DNA of 57,008 bases, filler included, from Sphacelaria rigidula (Eukaryota): NCBI GenBank assembly GCA_964200075.2. It is 4 parts of 4 records of this genome, joined end to end, with 100 filler letters (N's around TTAATTAATTAA, not from the genome) between each part and the next. Parts side by side here need not be neighbours in the genome. Positions count along the whole stretch, not along the records: positions 1 to 14,179 come from CAXNAA020002408.1; 3 more parts are not named here. One strand, given 5' to 3'. Positions 1-11,230 of the stretch are shown here, piece after piece. Position numbers and translations under genes: made by a program. The notes below the pieces were generated by a model. The model was not told where the DNA came from. It ran no database searches and saw only the letters and a list, made by a program, of their open reading frames with translations. Position 1 is the stretch's first letter. Each line of letters starts with the position of its first letter.

Positions 1-257
1 CCTCGTTTTTCGTCCAACCAAATACCCCCCCCCCCCTATCGTAGGATGACTCTGAATGCTTCAGTTTTGGGATGTTTGACAGGGTTTTTGCCCCCCAAAC
101 ATGAAATATCGTCAACATGTGTCTTTGACACAACGCACCACCTTACTGAGAGGAGTCTAGCCCACTTTTTCCGATTCGCTCGGACCCTGGACTATGAGAG
201 AGAGCTCTGAAACAGTGTCTAACTAGAAGTATAAAACTGTGGCATTTGTGGTGATGT

Positions 258-760
258 TTAGGAAATTTTACAGCGCATTTGTAACTTTCGTCTCCAGCTA
301 ATTTTTCCCTCATAGGCCGTTGTCGTAATCGCGGAGCCAAGCGTATCGGAGTTGTGGGCAAGGCTCTTCTCGGTGAGGTGGGGCACAGTGCAGATTGTCC
401 AGGACACGTGGAGAGGACATTTCCTGTTTTGAGGGCATTGCCAATCCAAATCTGAAAAGCCCAGCGAAGAAAACTGCAACCCTCGTGGAGATTGGTCGTG
501 GGAATTAACCCTCTGACCGCTAGGGTGGATCAACAGTTGGATCGGCAATGTTTCACCTGGAAAATGAACTCAAGACCCTGATGGCCTGGCGGTTAAGGGT
601 CAAGAGAACTGCCTGAGTTACAGATGATGTGTGGCGGTAGGCATGTGGTGTACACAGGCTGCACGTACATCTTGATAGACAGACCACAGAACAGACAACT
701 AAACAGCAAACTGGAGGTTAACACACCTGATGCACGAAATATTGTTGTACAGGGTACTCG
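258..760 (-). mobile_element. Highly decayed Ty1/Copia RT-RNase H fragment
   Basis: Minus-strand translation LGFSDLDWQCPQNRKC resembles the Copia RNase H motif GY/FSDxDW...DRKS. No intact ORF. Confidence 0.4.
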
Positions 761-1531
761 CGGAAATGACACACAAGAGACCGTCTATCTGTTCATCTAT
801 ACCTTTGTCGATACTGTAGATTTTGGGCCCGTCGGCATGATGTGGAGGTGTCATCGACTTTGGGCGAAACGGAACAGATCGGTGGTACCGCGACGAGGAA
901 ATTCGGTGCAAGGACAAGAGTAACCTTGCACGTAAGGCCTTGAACAATTGCATTGCTTCAGCCAACAAACACTGAGCAGGTACCACAAACAGTGGTTGGT
1001 TGACCAGGTGGTCGTTTGTCGAGCTGCCGCCGTGACCGTAACCTCGCGCAAATTTGACCTGGCGAGCAATCGCCTCATGAGCTACATCGTTCGATCGTTG
1101 CTCCGCCCTGCGAAGATCGGCTCATGGTTTTGAAAAAAGCAGGGGGGCAACTCACATATCCTGGGGACGGTGGTGGGGCGGCCGGCATGCTCCTGTACGT
1201 TTCTCATAAAGAACTTAAGAGCTCAGGCTGCTGTGCGCTGTACTATACCATGGGACTGTGGGAAGATGCCGCCGGATGTTCCTCAACAACGTGGTCGGAA
1301 AAGGCGGTTACGTTTCAATCGTGAATTTTGTTATGCCATGATCCAATTTGAATGATGAAATATGGCGGGAATGAGGCTTGGAGGGTGTTGAATAACGTGA
1401 CGTGACGTGACTTACGCCGTCTACGCGCAGGCAACGGATACACTCGGCCGAGCTTGTTCTACCTCAGCCCGTGGGGCCAAAAAGATAAGCCCTGGCGCCG
1501 AGATCCATAATCTCCTGCTAACTAATAACAG

Positions 1532-2280
1532 ATGATGCCCTTAGTAGAGATGGCTCAACAACGCAGCAAGAGGCCGAGGGTAGACAGCCCCCGCTGTAGG
1601 GCCTCGTCAAGTCCAGCCTCTTCGACTGCTGTGAGGCAGGTGTCTAGTCATCGCTATGGTACCCGATCGGCGACGAAATCGGCAGCTAGAATTACAACAG
1701 CCTACCAACTCGGACTCACCCAGCAATGCAGCCCGGCAGCAAACTATAGCAGCATCGAGTGTAGTGATACAATGAAGCGCCCAGATGTACCACAGCATGC
1801 TGCCCCGTCATACATTGACCCTGGTGCTGGTGCTGGTGCTGGTGCTGCTGGTGCTGGTGCTGTCGTTCTGGCATCGTTGATATCAACAACGTCACCAGGC
1901 CTCAACCAGCGATCATCGATGAGAGTTGAACCAACCCACGCCGGTTGTATTTCTGCTGATGATATGATGAAACGAACACCACCCGCCGCCGTTGATTCAG
2001 GTGGGATGCCCCTTGTCGCAGGCAATGTCGCCGCCACCGCCGCTGGTTTGACATCCTCAGCAACTGTTACAGAGAGGATATTTCCCTCTCCCGGCAGCCG
2101 GGACAGGGATCGTCGTAGGCCGAGATCAAGGCTGAGTCTTGGTAGGCATCGACGCGATGGCGACGCTACTACTGGTATTGGCACTGTTGTGTCCGGCGGC
2201 AGCGGTCGAGACTTGTCAACCCACGAGCATCTTTCGGGTTTATCGTTGTTCCAGCAGCATTGCGAGGCACGTGGCGGTGG
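1532..2280 (+). CDS. USP1-like ubiquitin-specific protease, exon 1 (low-complexity N-terminus)
   Basis: Long S/A/R-rich ORF from ATG 1532, with an in-frame TAA just upstream. It ends at donor GG|GTGAGT (2281) in phase 2, matching the acceptor at 7301-7302 (GG+G = Gly). Confidence 0.7.
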
Positions 2281-2561
2281 GTGAGTGTGTACGTGTACTA
2301 AACATGTCGATGGCATAGACGGGCAGTGCATAGGACCCATCTTTATCGACACTGTTTTTTTTGGCAATATACTAAAAAGGCCCCTGATACTTCGGAACAA
2401 AAAATGGTAACTCATTTTTCGCTTTAGGGCGCGGCGCTGCACGCAGGCTGAACACCTCGAAAACACGTTCCAGCGCCTCAGCCCCACGCCCAAGGTGTCT
2501 GGGCAGCATATAGGCTGGGCCGCCCAAGAAACCACCAGGAATGTTGAAACGCATCTCGTGC

Positions 2562-3405
2562 GCTCAATTTTGCAAGGTTGTGTTCTGTAAGGTACGGTTT
2601 TCAGTATACCCGGGGTATTTTTCCGGGTATGTACCGTACCCGACAGTTCCGTGACTTCAGTAAGAATTTCATACCGGTACCCGACAGTTCTGTAATCTCT
2701 GTAATACTTTCATACCCTTACCCGATAGTTCTGTAAGTTCTGTACAAAACATTTACCCGAACCCGAAGGGCGGGTATATCCGAAAAGAGTTACCCGATTG
2801 CCGGTACCGGTTCTCTATAAGCCTCCCATTCCGTACCCGACAAGTTCTTTAATCTCTGTAAGACTCTTATACCGGTACCCGACAGTTCTGTAAATTCTGT
2901 ACATAACATTTACCCGAACCCGAGGGGCGGATATACCCGAAAAGAGTTACCCGATTGCCAATACCGGTTCTCTGTAAGCCTCCCGTACCGTACCCGACAA
3001 GTTCTGTAAACTGTAAGACTTTCATACCGGTACCCGACAGTTCTGTAAACTCTGTGAGACTTCCAAACCGGTACCCGACAGTTCTGTAAGCTCTGTACGG
3101 AATCCCATACCGTACAGAACGTACCCGTACCTTACAGAACACAACCTTGCAATTTTGGATCGTTTTCGATGATATTTTGACATAATGTATAGGACGTATG
3201 TGGGAATACCAAACATTTCTCCTATTTTTCTCGTTTTTTTCTTGGTGAGTTGTTGGCACTTTTGTTCCGAAAAAGTGTTCTGAAATGTTCCGTCGCCAAT
3301 AACTCACGAAAGGAGGACAAAAAACATAGGGGGAAAGGTTCGGTATCCGTATATACGTCCTGTACATCGTGTCAAAATTTCATCGAAAACGATCCAAAAT
3401 TGAGC
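2562..3405. mobile_element. Foldback MITE (~260 bp) interrupted by the hAT MITE
   Basis: Removing the hAT insert and one TSD copy restores GCTCAATTTTGGATCGTTTTCGATGA, which is inverted relative to TCATCGAAAACGATCCAAAATTGAGC ending at 3405. Confidence 0.75.
2573..3149. mobile_element. hAT-type MITE (577 bp) with 25-bp TIRs and 8-bp TSD
   Basis: TIR CAAGGTTGTGTTCTGTAAGGTACGG at 2573-2597 and its exact reverse complement at 3125-3149. TSD CAATTTTG at 2565-2572 and 3150-3157. The interior is built from CCGACAGTTCTGTAA-like repeats. Confidence 0.9.
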
Positions 3406-3491
3406 CGAGTAGCTGCGTCATTCCGTCGACAACCGGTTTCTGTAGTACATGGAGGTGGACCAGTTACGAATAATTCAAACGCAGTTATGCT

Positions 3492-3750
3492 GTTCAATTT
3501 CAAGCTGTTTTCGATCATTTTTTGACATAGCGTACAGGACGTATGTGCGACAACCCCTTTTTACCTCCCCTATTTGTTTTTTCTTCCTTCGTGAGTTATT
3601 GGTAATTTTGTTCCGGAAAAAATGTTCTGGAATGTTCTATCGCCAATAACTCACGAAGAAAGAAGAGAAGCAAGCGGGAGGAACGAAGGGGTGTTTGCAC
3701 ACACGTCCTATACATGTCAAAATTTCATCGAAAACGACTGAAAATTGAGC
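3492..3750. mobile_element. Second, diverged copy of the same foldback MITE
   Basis: Starts TTCAATTTCAAGCTGTTTTCGATCA and ends TCATCGAAAACGACTGAAAATTGAGC, with the same internal inverted blocks as 3158-3405. Confidence 0.7.
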
Positions 3751-4075
3751 TCGGGAATTGTGCTACAGCTTGCGCGGCACCACGCAGCACAACCGACTGT
3801 AACCGAAAATCCAATCTCAGCCGTTTTTTTTGGCTAATTCCGCCGCACATAGCACCCTCAACTCTCTACGCTTCTGCACTTGGCTATACAGCTTGGAATT
3901 TGGTTGGATGAGACCTTGTCGGATCGCAGTGCTTTATGGATTCGAAGACGCGCGCTGATTTGCCGATTACCACGATGTGTCATAGTAGGCACGACTCGCG
4001 ATACATCGTCAGTTGGAACGGGCTGAAGGAAAGCGAGCTTCTTAGGCGGACCAGCCTGTACCCGTCCATTTTTTT

Positions 4076-5366
4076 CATTTTCACAAGTGTCACTGGGCTG
4101 AACTACGGCGCCGAAAATGAGAGCCTGTGAGAGTGCCCTTTTTTGTAAGCAAAACAAAAGGGTGCACCCTTCCCTCTTCTGAAAAGGTATATTTTACCCT
4201 TTTTCGTTCTACTGTTGACCATTTTGTGAAGTGGTGACCCTTTTTTGTCAAGTGGTGACCGTACCGCCGTCTCAGCAACAGATACGCCGAGCAGTCACAA
4301 CCATCGCCATTTTCGGCAAAATCACACCCCACGAAAAAAGGCCGAAACTCAAGGACCAGAAGAGTGTATCACCCCTGCTGGTTGGCCCGAAGACCAGGAG
4401 GATCCAACGGTGCGTACAGGTCGCTTGTATACCGGAGCTCACAAAAATCCAACGAGCATGGGTAAACATCTTGCCGACTGTCTACACGACGCGGCACAGC
4501 GTACGATCACTTTTTCCCCCCGCCCGGCTTCATGCTGTTCCACGTCTATGACCCTTCCATATGTATTATCACTCAGAGCCCGTGAATCTCCTTTTCTGTG
4601 GAGGTGGGCCAAGGTGAACAATTTGCTGTTTGATGAATGATCGGCGCCACCTTGCAGCATTGCATCAATTGTGGGGGGCATTGTCATTGTTCCGCGGCGG
4701 TGTAGCGTGTTTACCTTTGCTGCTGTGGATAATCACTAAGTTTTCTGTACGTGTTGCTTGGGCTGTGGTCCCTCGTTCGCGAGCGCTGGTCTGGAAGGGA
4801 CATGGATTCAACGGCAACGATCAGAGGAAGAAATTCGATTGTACAGCCTGCGCCGTTGGATTCAGGCGTTCTTCCTCCACTCCGGCATCCGGTCGGTGTC
4901 CATCTCCGTTTCCGAGCCGCAAATTGCAGATCCGGCAACGGTCTGATGTTTTCGCCGCATGATGCCGTTCGGGCTGGTGTGTCGGCAAGATGTTCACCCA
5001 TGCTCGTTGGATCTTTGTGAGCTCCGGTATACAAGCGACCTGTACGCATCGTTGGATCCTCCTGGTCGTCGGGCCAACCAGCAGGGGTGATACACTCTTC
5101 TGGTCGTTGGGCTTCGGCCTTTTTTCGTGGGGTGTGATTTTACCGATAATGGCTATGGTTGTGACTGCTCGGCGTATCTTGTGCTGAGACGGCGGTACGG
5201 TCACCACTTCACAAGAAAAGGATCACCACTTCACAAGAAAAGAGTCAAATATGACTTTTCAGGAGAGGGCAGGGTGTACCCTCCTGTTTTGCTTACAAAA
5301 AAGGGTACTGTCACAGGTTCTCATTTTCGGCGCCGTAGTTCAGCGCAGTAACACTTCTGAAAAAAA
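4076..5366. mobile_element. Non-autonomous foldback element with ~400-bp terminal inverted repeats
   Basis: ~4080-4480 is the reverse complement of ~4980-5360 (e.g. GCTGAACTACGGCGCCGAAAATGAGA / TCTCATTTTCGGCGCCGTAGTTCAGC). The ORF track shows mirror-image peptides on opposite strands. Confidence 0.8.
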
Positions 5367-5479
5367 GCGATTTTTCACCCCCTGCGAGTCGTGATATTTT
5401 CAAGAGTGTGCCTCTCCGTTTGCTCGAGGTTCCCGTGTTTCCGATCTTCGCGCTAAACATGTCGTCAGTCATTGATAAC

Positions 5480-6094
5480 CCCAACTCGGATACCGGGATG
5501 AACATCTTACAGAAGTTACAGAACTCGTCGGGTAGGATACGGGAGGCTTACACAACTCATTGTTGCTCATGTTTCGTGTTTCCGCTCAACGGTACCCCGT
5601 TACCCGCCATTGTACGAAATATGCACATTTGGTTTTTCATGAATGTGTTGTGTTGAGTGAACTAGGGGGGTAGATATATGGGGATTTGGGGTACCGGTTC
5701 AGGTGATCAGATTGTGTCGGGATTGAGCCTATATCCATAACTCCCCAGGGTATTTATCCCTGTGCTCGTGCCTGCATATACCCTACCCCGCGTAGGGGTA
5801 TGAGAGGATTCCCGAAGTTACGAACTGTCGAGTAAGGGTACGAAATATGACAGTCTTACAGAAGGTACAGAAGTTGTCGGATAGGGTATGGAGGTTGCAC
5901 AGAAAACCGCAGCCGCGACCGAGTATTCTTATAGGAGTATTCCCGTTCCCCTGGTGAGGAGATGGCAGGGTTACAAAAGTTACAGAACTGTCGGTCCTAC
6001 AAAAGTCACAGAGCTGTCGGGTACGGGTATTACCCGGGAAAATACTCGGGTACTCGAGTGTACAAAAAGCCGTACCCGACAGAAAACAACCCTG
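5480..6094. mobile_element. Partial, diverged relative of the hAT MITE at 2573-3149
   Basis: GAACTGTCGG / TTACAGAA repeats and a right end CGTACCCGACAGAAAACAACCCTG (6071-6094) similar to that TIR. Left TIR not found. Confidence 0.55.
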
Positions 6095-7076
6095 ATGCCT
6101 CCGGTACCCTTGGCAGGACCTACGCCATGCCTCTTGGCGTGCAAGAGACTTCCGTGTAGCCGAAATGTGCACGATATTAATTTTGAGGCATGCAATGGCC
6201 GGGATTCGCCACACTTATTATTTACATACATCGTATCGTCCATGGCTCAAGAGTGAGGTCGCCTTGCGGTAGGTAGGGCTTTGTATTGATCCGTTTCACC
6301 AACTCTGGGTACATCGTAGATTTGTTTATCAATACACCAATCTATGTATTGGTTCTGTGGCGTGGGGGACCCAAGCCAAAACAACCCCCCAGCTGGTGAA
6401 GGGGTCCCGTCGAAAACAGATAACATGCACGCTTTGGATCAATCTTCAAAATCGAGCTCTTTTTTCACCGCTCAAGGACAGTGTTGTACGCGCACAAAAG
6501 TTGGATTTTGCCGAAGAGAATGTTTACACCGAGAGACAAGGCTTGTCGGAATCATTGTCGAAACCGCCTCTGTTGGCAGCCGAATCTTTGAATCTTCACT
6601 GCTAGGGGATGATCAATGCCAGTTCATCTCAGTGTGCTGACATTGACTGACGTACATTAGTCCCAATATATAGCCCTACCTGACAGGCATGCTGATATTG
6701 GGACAAGGGAGACTTCTCACCATTGCTTCAACTATCATACGCTGTACATTGTCACGGTAGACGAAAAAAGGCATGACAAAAGAACAGAGAGGAGTTCCAC
6801 CTGCGAAGCACATGGACAGGGAACAGAAATGGGAAACAGAGCTTGATTTCCATGCCGACGAGATAACAACCGGTAGGACTCGTAGAACATGGAAGTCAGG
6901 TCGGTGCCACGCTCCCTCCCCCCCCCCCCCCCCCCCCCCCGCGCGCCACGCACCCCACCCCCCCACCACCACACACCAGCCACCACCANNNNNNNNNNGG
7001 GTTTTAGGAGCGCGGTTAGGGGGGGGCACAGTTCTGGGCCGCCCCCCCCCCACCCCCCCCCCTCCTCTGTCCCGTG

Positions 7077-7110
<34 letters not shown>

Positions 7111-7302
7111 AAATGACTAAGGCAAGCAACAAATGAGTACGCCCCCCCCCCTCTTCGCGAGGTCAATGGTCTGATGACTATGGCGTGCATGGTCATGAGT
7201 ACACCCCCCCTCTTCGTTAGAATCTACCTGACCGGCAGCCGCCTACGATAGTCTGAATTACAAATTACCTCTTGGACCTGCCGGATCAATTTGCGCGTGC
7301 AG

Positions 7303-9643
7303 GTACAAGCCCACCGTTCCTCCAATGACGGGAGCTCGCAAGACCCCTGAGCACGCTGGTGTCACTCCGAGACCATTGCCTCGCGCCGACGGGCTGACAC
7401 ATAAGTCGGCTGCCCTAGACGCCCTTGCTGATGGCATGTGCGCACCAACTTCAACTCCAATACTCCCTTGCTCGACGCAGATGCTATCTCCTCTTTCACC
7501 GCCGCCCTATGTTGGTCTGAAGAACTTGGGCAACACGTGCTACATCAACGCCGTTGTACAGGCGTTGCGCGCGTGTGCCGGAAAAATAGCCAAGCTTGAG
7601 AAGGCCACCTCCAACCGGGCAAGCGTCGAGGTAGCCAGGCACACGGTAGATAATAGCCGCAGTTGCTCTCGTTCTGAACGCGGGGCGTGCAGGGTGAGGG
7701 AACCGCCGCAGGTGCCTGTTGCGCGATTAGCAGGGCCTTGCCTGGTGACATCTACAACGAGTGGGGGAGCCACGGACCTGGCCGTGGCGGCGAGCAAGCC
7801 CGAAAATAGCTCAGGGAATGACAGGAATCTGTTGCTCGATACGCTCACCGCTTTGCTCGTTCAGATGGAGGAGAGCAACGCTGATTTGGCGTTGACCAAT
7901 GGAAAGGGTGGGCGTGGTGACGGTGACAGATCTTCTCGAGTGTCCACGTCATTCGCTTCAGTAGTCCCAGGAGTCGTGGGAGCACGACCTGTAACAAGCA
8001 AACCATTAGCAGGAGAGGTTGATTCGAATGCCTCGAGTTGTGGGAGTGGGGTTGCCGGGAAACCAGAGGCAGCGGCAGAGTCGAACCTGCTTCACGCCTG
8101 CGGCACCCCCGTGTCCATCAGCCCGAAGACTGTAAGTAAGGCGGAGCTCCACGCGGAGGCGTTGACCCCGACGGCGCTTGTTGATTTGATTCGCAGGGAG
8201 GGTTTGGATGACTCTCACGCGTACACTGGAAGCTCCGCTTTTGGAATTGACGGCTTCTCGTACAGTGATCTGAGAGGCAGGGACACTTTGCCAGGCTTTG
8301 GCGACGGTCAACAGTGTGCTTCCGAGCTCCTAGGTAAGCTTCTGGATGTTGATGTTGACAACGTTGTCAGCGGGAACAGCCGCCATGCCCCCGTCCATGG
8401 CCCGGGATTAGCCGCGGAGTTCCGCGGCGCCCTTTGCGTCCGTACGCTCTGCGTTGAGTGCGAGCGGGATAGCGTGAAGTGTGAGCAGTTTACGGAGCTG
8501 ACACTGCCGCCTCTTTTGCACAATGGGATCGAGTCGGAGAGCGGAATACACGGGGAGGGATTGCCGTCTTGTGAGCCACGGGAGCCGTGCACGCTTCAAC
8601 GCCTCGTGGAGACCGTTCTTGGGAGCGAGTCACTCGGCGGCGTCAACAAAGTGTGGTGCGAGGCTTGCCGGCAGTGGACGGAAGCTGAGCGCCGATCGTC
8701 GCTTCACCGCTTTCCTCGGTTACTCTCCCTTCATGTTCGTCAGGCGACCGCTAGAGGAACATGGTTGCCTCGTCCGTCGCCGTCGACCGAATTCCCTCCC
8801 AGTGGGTCGGGCAGTGGCGGATTTAGCCACGGCCTGGTCAAAGCAAGCCAGGGAGGCGACGACCCTGTTGTGCAACGTGTGTTGACTGTGAAAGCGGGCC
8901 TCAAATGTCATTGTCACGGCTGGCCTCATTCAAAAGACGAGCTAAGGAAAGGCGAGGGTGTCCCCTTGCCGTCGAAAGAGAATGCCGGTTGTCACCGTCG
9001 TCGAGATATGAAACCACGAGGACCAGGTTCGTGTGACATACCTCATGCTAGTACGCCGTGGGCAGTTGGCACGACATTGCATGATCGGCGTGATGATGAT
9101 GGTGGTGATGATGATGATGACGTGCAATACGACCTCGTCGGCATTATTCTGCACCGGGGCCAAACGTTCGGATCAGGGCACTATACCTTCGCTCTCAATG
9201 CGACTCTCGACGCAAAGTTTGGCACCACGGAGGTTACGACGAGCACCGCCGTCCCCGCCTGCACCAAGGAACCAGCTATACCGGCCGCAGTTTCTTCTTC
9301 TGCGATGGCGGCGGCTCGACAGAAAAGCGGAGAGAATGCCGCTAAAACTTGCGCTGGACAGATGATGTCGGGCGATTCAGCAGGAGAAGGAATTAGCGAA
9401 GTACAGAAGTGTGGGGTGCCGGAAGGTTGCATCGGAGCAGGCACTAGCAACCGCGCTTCTTCCGTAGCCGGCGACGAGGGCTTGCGATTTGTGCTGTTCG
9501 ACGACGATCGTGTTCGCTGGTTATCGTCGGATGAGCTGGCCGTGGTCTTGCGAGGTGGTGGCGGTGGCGGTGGTCCCGGCGGGTATCTGGGAGATGCGTT
9601 CTTGGTGTTTTACTGTAGACGTGAACGTGGTGAATCGATATAA
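7303..9643 (+). CDS. USP1: USP1-like ubiquitin-specific protease (peptidase C19), exon 2 containing the whole catalytic domain
   Basis: Cys box VGLKNLGNTCYINAVVQAL, Zn-finger pairs CVEC and WCEAC..WTEAERRS (human USP1 has FCENCHHYTEAERS), His box YDLVGIILHRGQTFGSGHY, then FVLFDD and AFLVFY. A large insert lies between the His box and FDD, as in USP1. Acceptor TGCAG ends at 7302; stop TAA 9641-9643. Subfamily call is from motif memory only. Confidence 0.9.
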
Positions 9644-10739
9644 CTCGGTCGGTTGATGATGGTCCACGACCTATCTTGCTGTTGGTGTCGTATGGGTGTG
9701 TTGAGGCATTCTGCCCAGGCAGCAGAGATTGTATATTTTCCTCCACCCCATTTCCTGTAAAATGCGTGCAGCGGACTTGCCAGGGAAAATTGAATAATTT
9801 ATCTTCACTTCTCTAGTCGCTCGAAAGCAAATGCGTTTGATATTTTCCGCGAGCATGCTAGTCTCGGGTGAAAGTTTGGGGATTCTGACCCCCGAATGAG
9901 CTGCAGAAGCCCCCCGTAAAATCCCTTTATTTTCGCATCTGGTGCAACGGAGTGTTTCCTGAGCACACATTCTTGGGAGGAGAGAAATCTGGGTTTGCTG
10001 GGACGAACTCAGAGCAACTTTCCGTTTCTAGGTACTTCATGTTTCGACATGGTGTCATAGTACTAACCTCCAATAATTTCGTGTAAAGTGCACAAAATAG
10101 ACATTTCACCACGAATTTTGCGGCGTGATATGCCATTCAAACACGAAATCTGACATTGCATTGGAATCGGGAAATCACCGTTATGCTGCACACCCGGGCA
10201 GAACCTACGCACGGGAACTTGTCTTACAAGTTCGTCTCAGGGCCGGTCTTACGATTTGATTGATTTCGATTGATTTATTGTCGCACTTTCACTGATCCCC
10301 AAGTAGTCCAACCGTGGTCGCATAATAGACGTACCCAAGAAAAGCGAAACTGAAACACTCGCTGAAGAAGAAGGAACAGAAAAAAAGTCGAACAGAACGT
10401 CATCGTAGACCAAGACGTTGAAAGAAGAGAAGAAGAAGAATAGAAGTCAACAAAGTCAAAGCATAGAAAGAGATGGCCGACCTCAAACAACAAGAAAAGA
10501 GGAAGAAGACCAAACAAAAGAAGGAAAAAAATACGATGGAAGCACAAGTCCATTTCCACACGTGTTTCCGAGCAAATTTTCCACGTGTATATATTTTTAA
10601 TTGTACGACGTGTTTTCCAAGGCATTGTTCCTTGCTTTTTATTTCCAGACATCTGGGAAGTAGGGAACCCCGAAAATCATCACTAAAATTGTTGGTTGTT
10701 TTGTGCAGGTCGGCACATCGCATAGACAACACCACTACT

Positions 10740-11000
10740 GGGGCGGCGAGCAACATATAGATGGTATTTTCTACGATATAAAAAATACACCATCATTGTT
10801 AAGATTGTAAATGAAACGGGAAGAAATCTGGGTGACGGCATAATAGGTCGTACAGTACGCAGCACTTTCAAGCAGACAAGGCCCCGTTGGATTGGTTTTC
10901 CAAAATGCCACCCATAACGGTGGTGCAAGACGTCATGATCTCCAACGGAATGACAATGCAGTCGAGTATGGTACTGCTTGTTGTGCGCTGTAGACTATGA
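10740..11000 (+). mobile_element. Possible decayed piggyBac-like transposase fragment
   Basis: Translation ADKAPLDWFSKMPPITVVQDVMIS loosely resembles the piggyBac N-terminal PLDYFxxFFP motif. Many stops. Confidence 0.2.
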
Positions 11001-11230
11001 ATCGTTCACACCGTCTTCTTCCAGCTCAAGCTGGAAAAAGTGAGGAACTGCCCCCAAGCCAACGTCTTATACCCGCCGAGCATTCGAATTTTCACACAAC
11101 GCAACCAAGCGAGTACTGGTACCATGGCGGCGTCAGGGAGGTCTTCTGATTGTGATATCAAGCGTTTCTTCTTCGTGGATGGCCCATTGTGATGAGCAAA
11201 GCAATTGTGATGGATGCCCCACTTTGCTTG

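Noticed and set aside
2620..3110. Regularly spaced CCGACAGTTCTGTAA repeats resembling a CRISPR array
   Set aside because: The spacers are themselves repetitive and variable, no cas genes are present, and the block is bounded by TIRs and an 8-bp TSD, so it is MITE interior.
4231..5207. Duplicated ~110-130 aa ORFs on opposite strands
   Set aside because: A by-product of the long inverted repeat, with no recognisable protein motif.
6914..7103. Poly-C/poly-G tracts giving poly-Pro and poly-Gly ORFs
   Set aside because: Homopolymer-rich, low-quality sequence around an N gap inside an intron.
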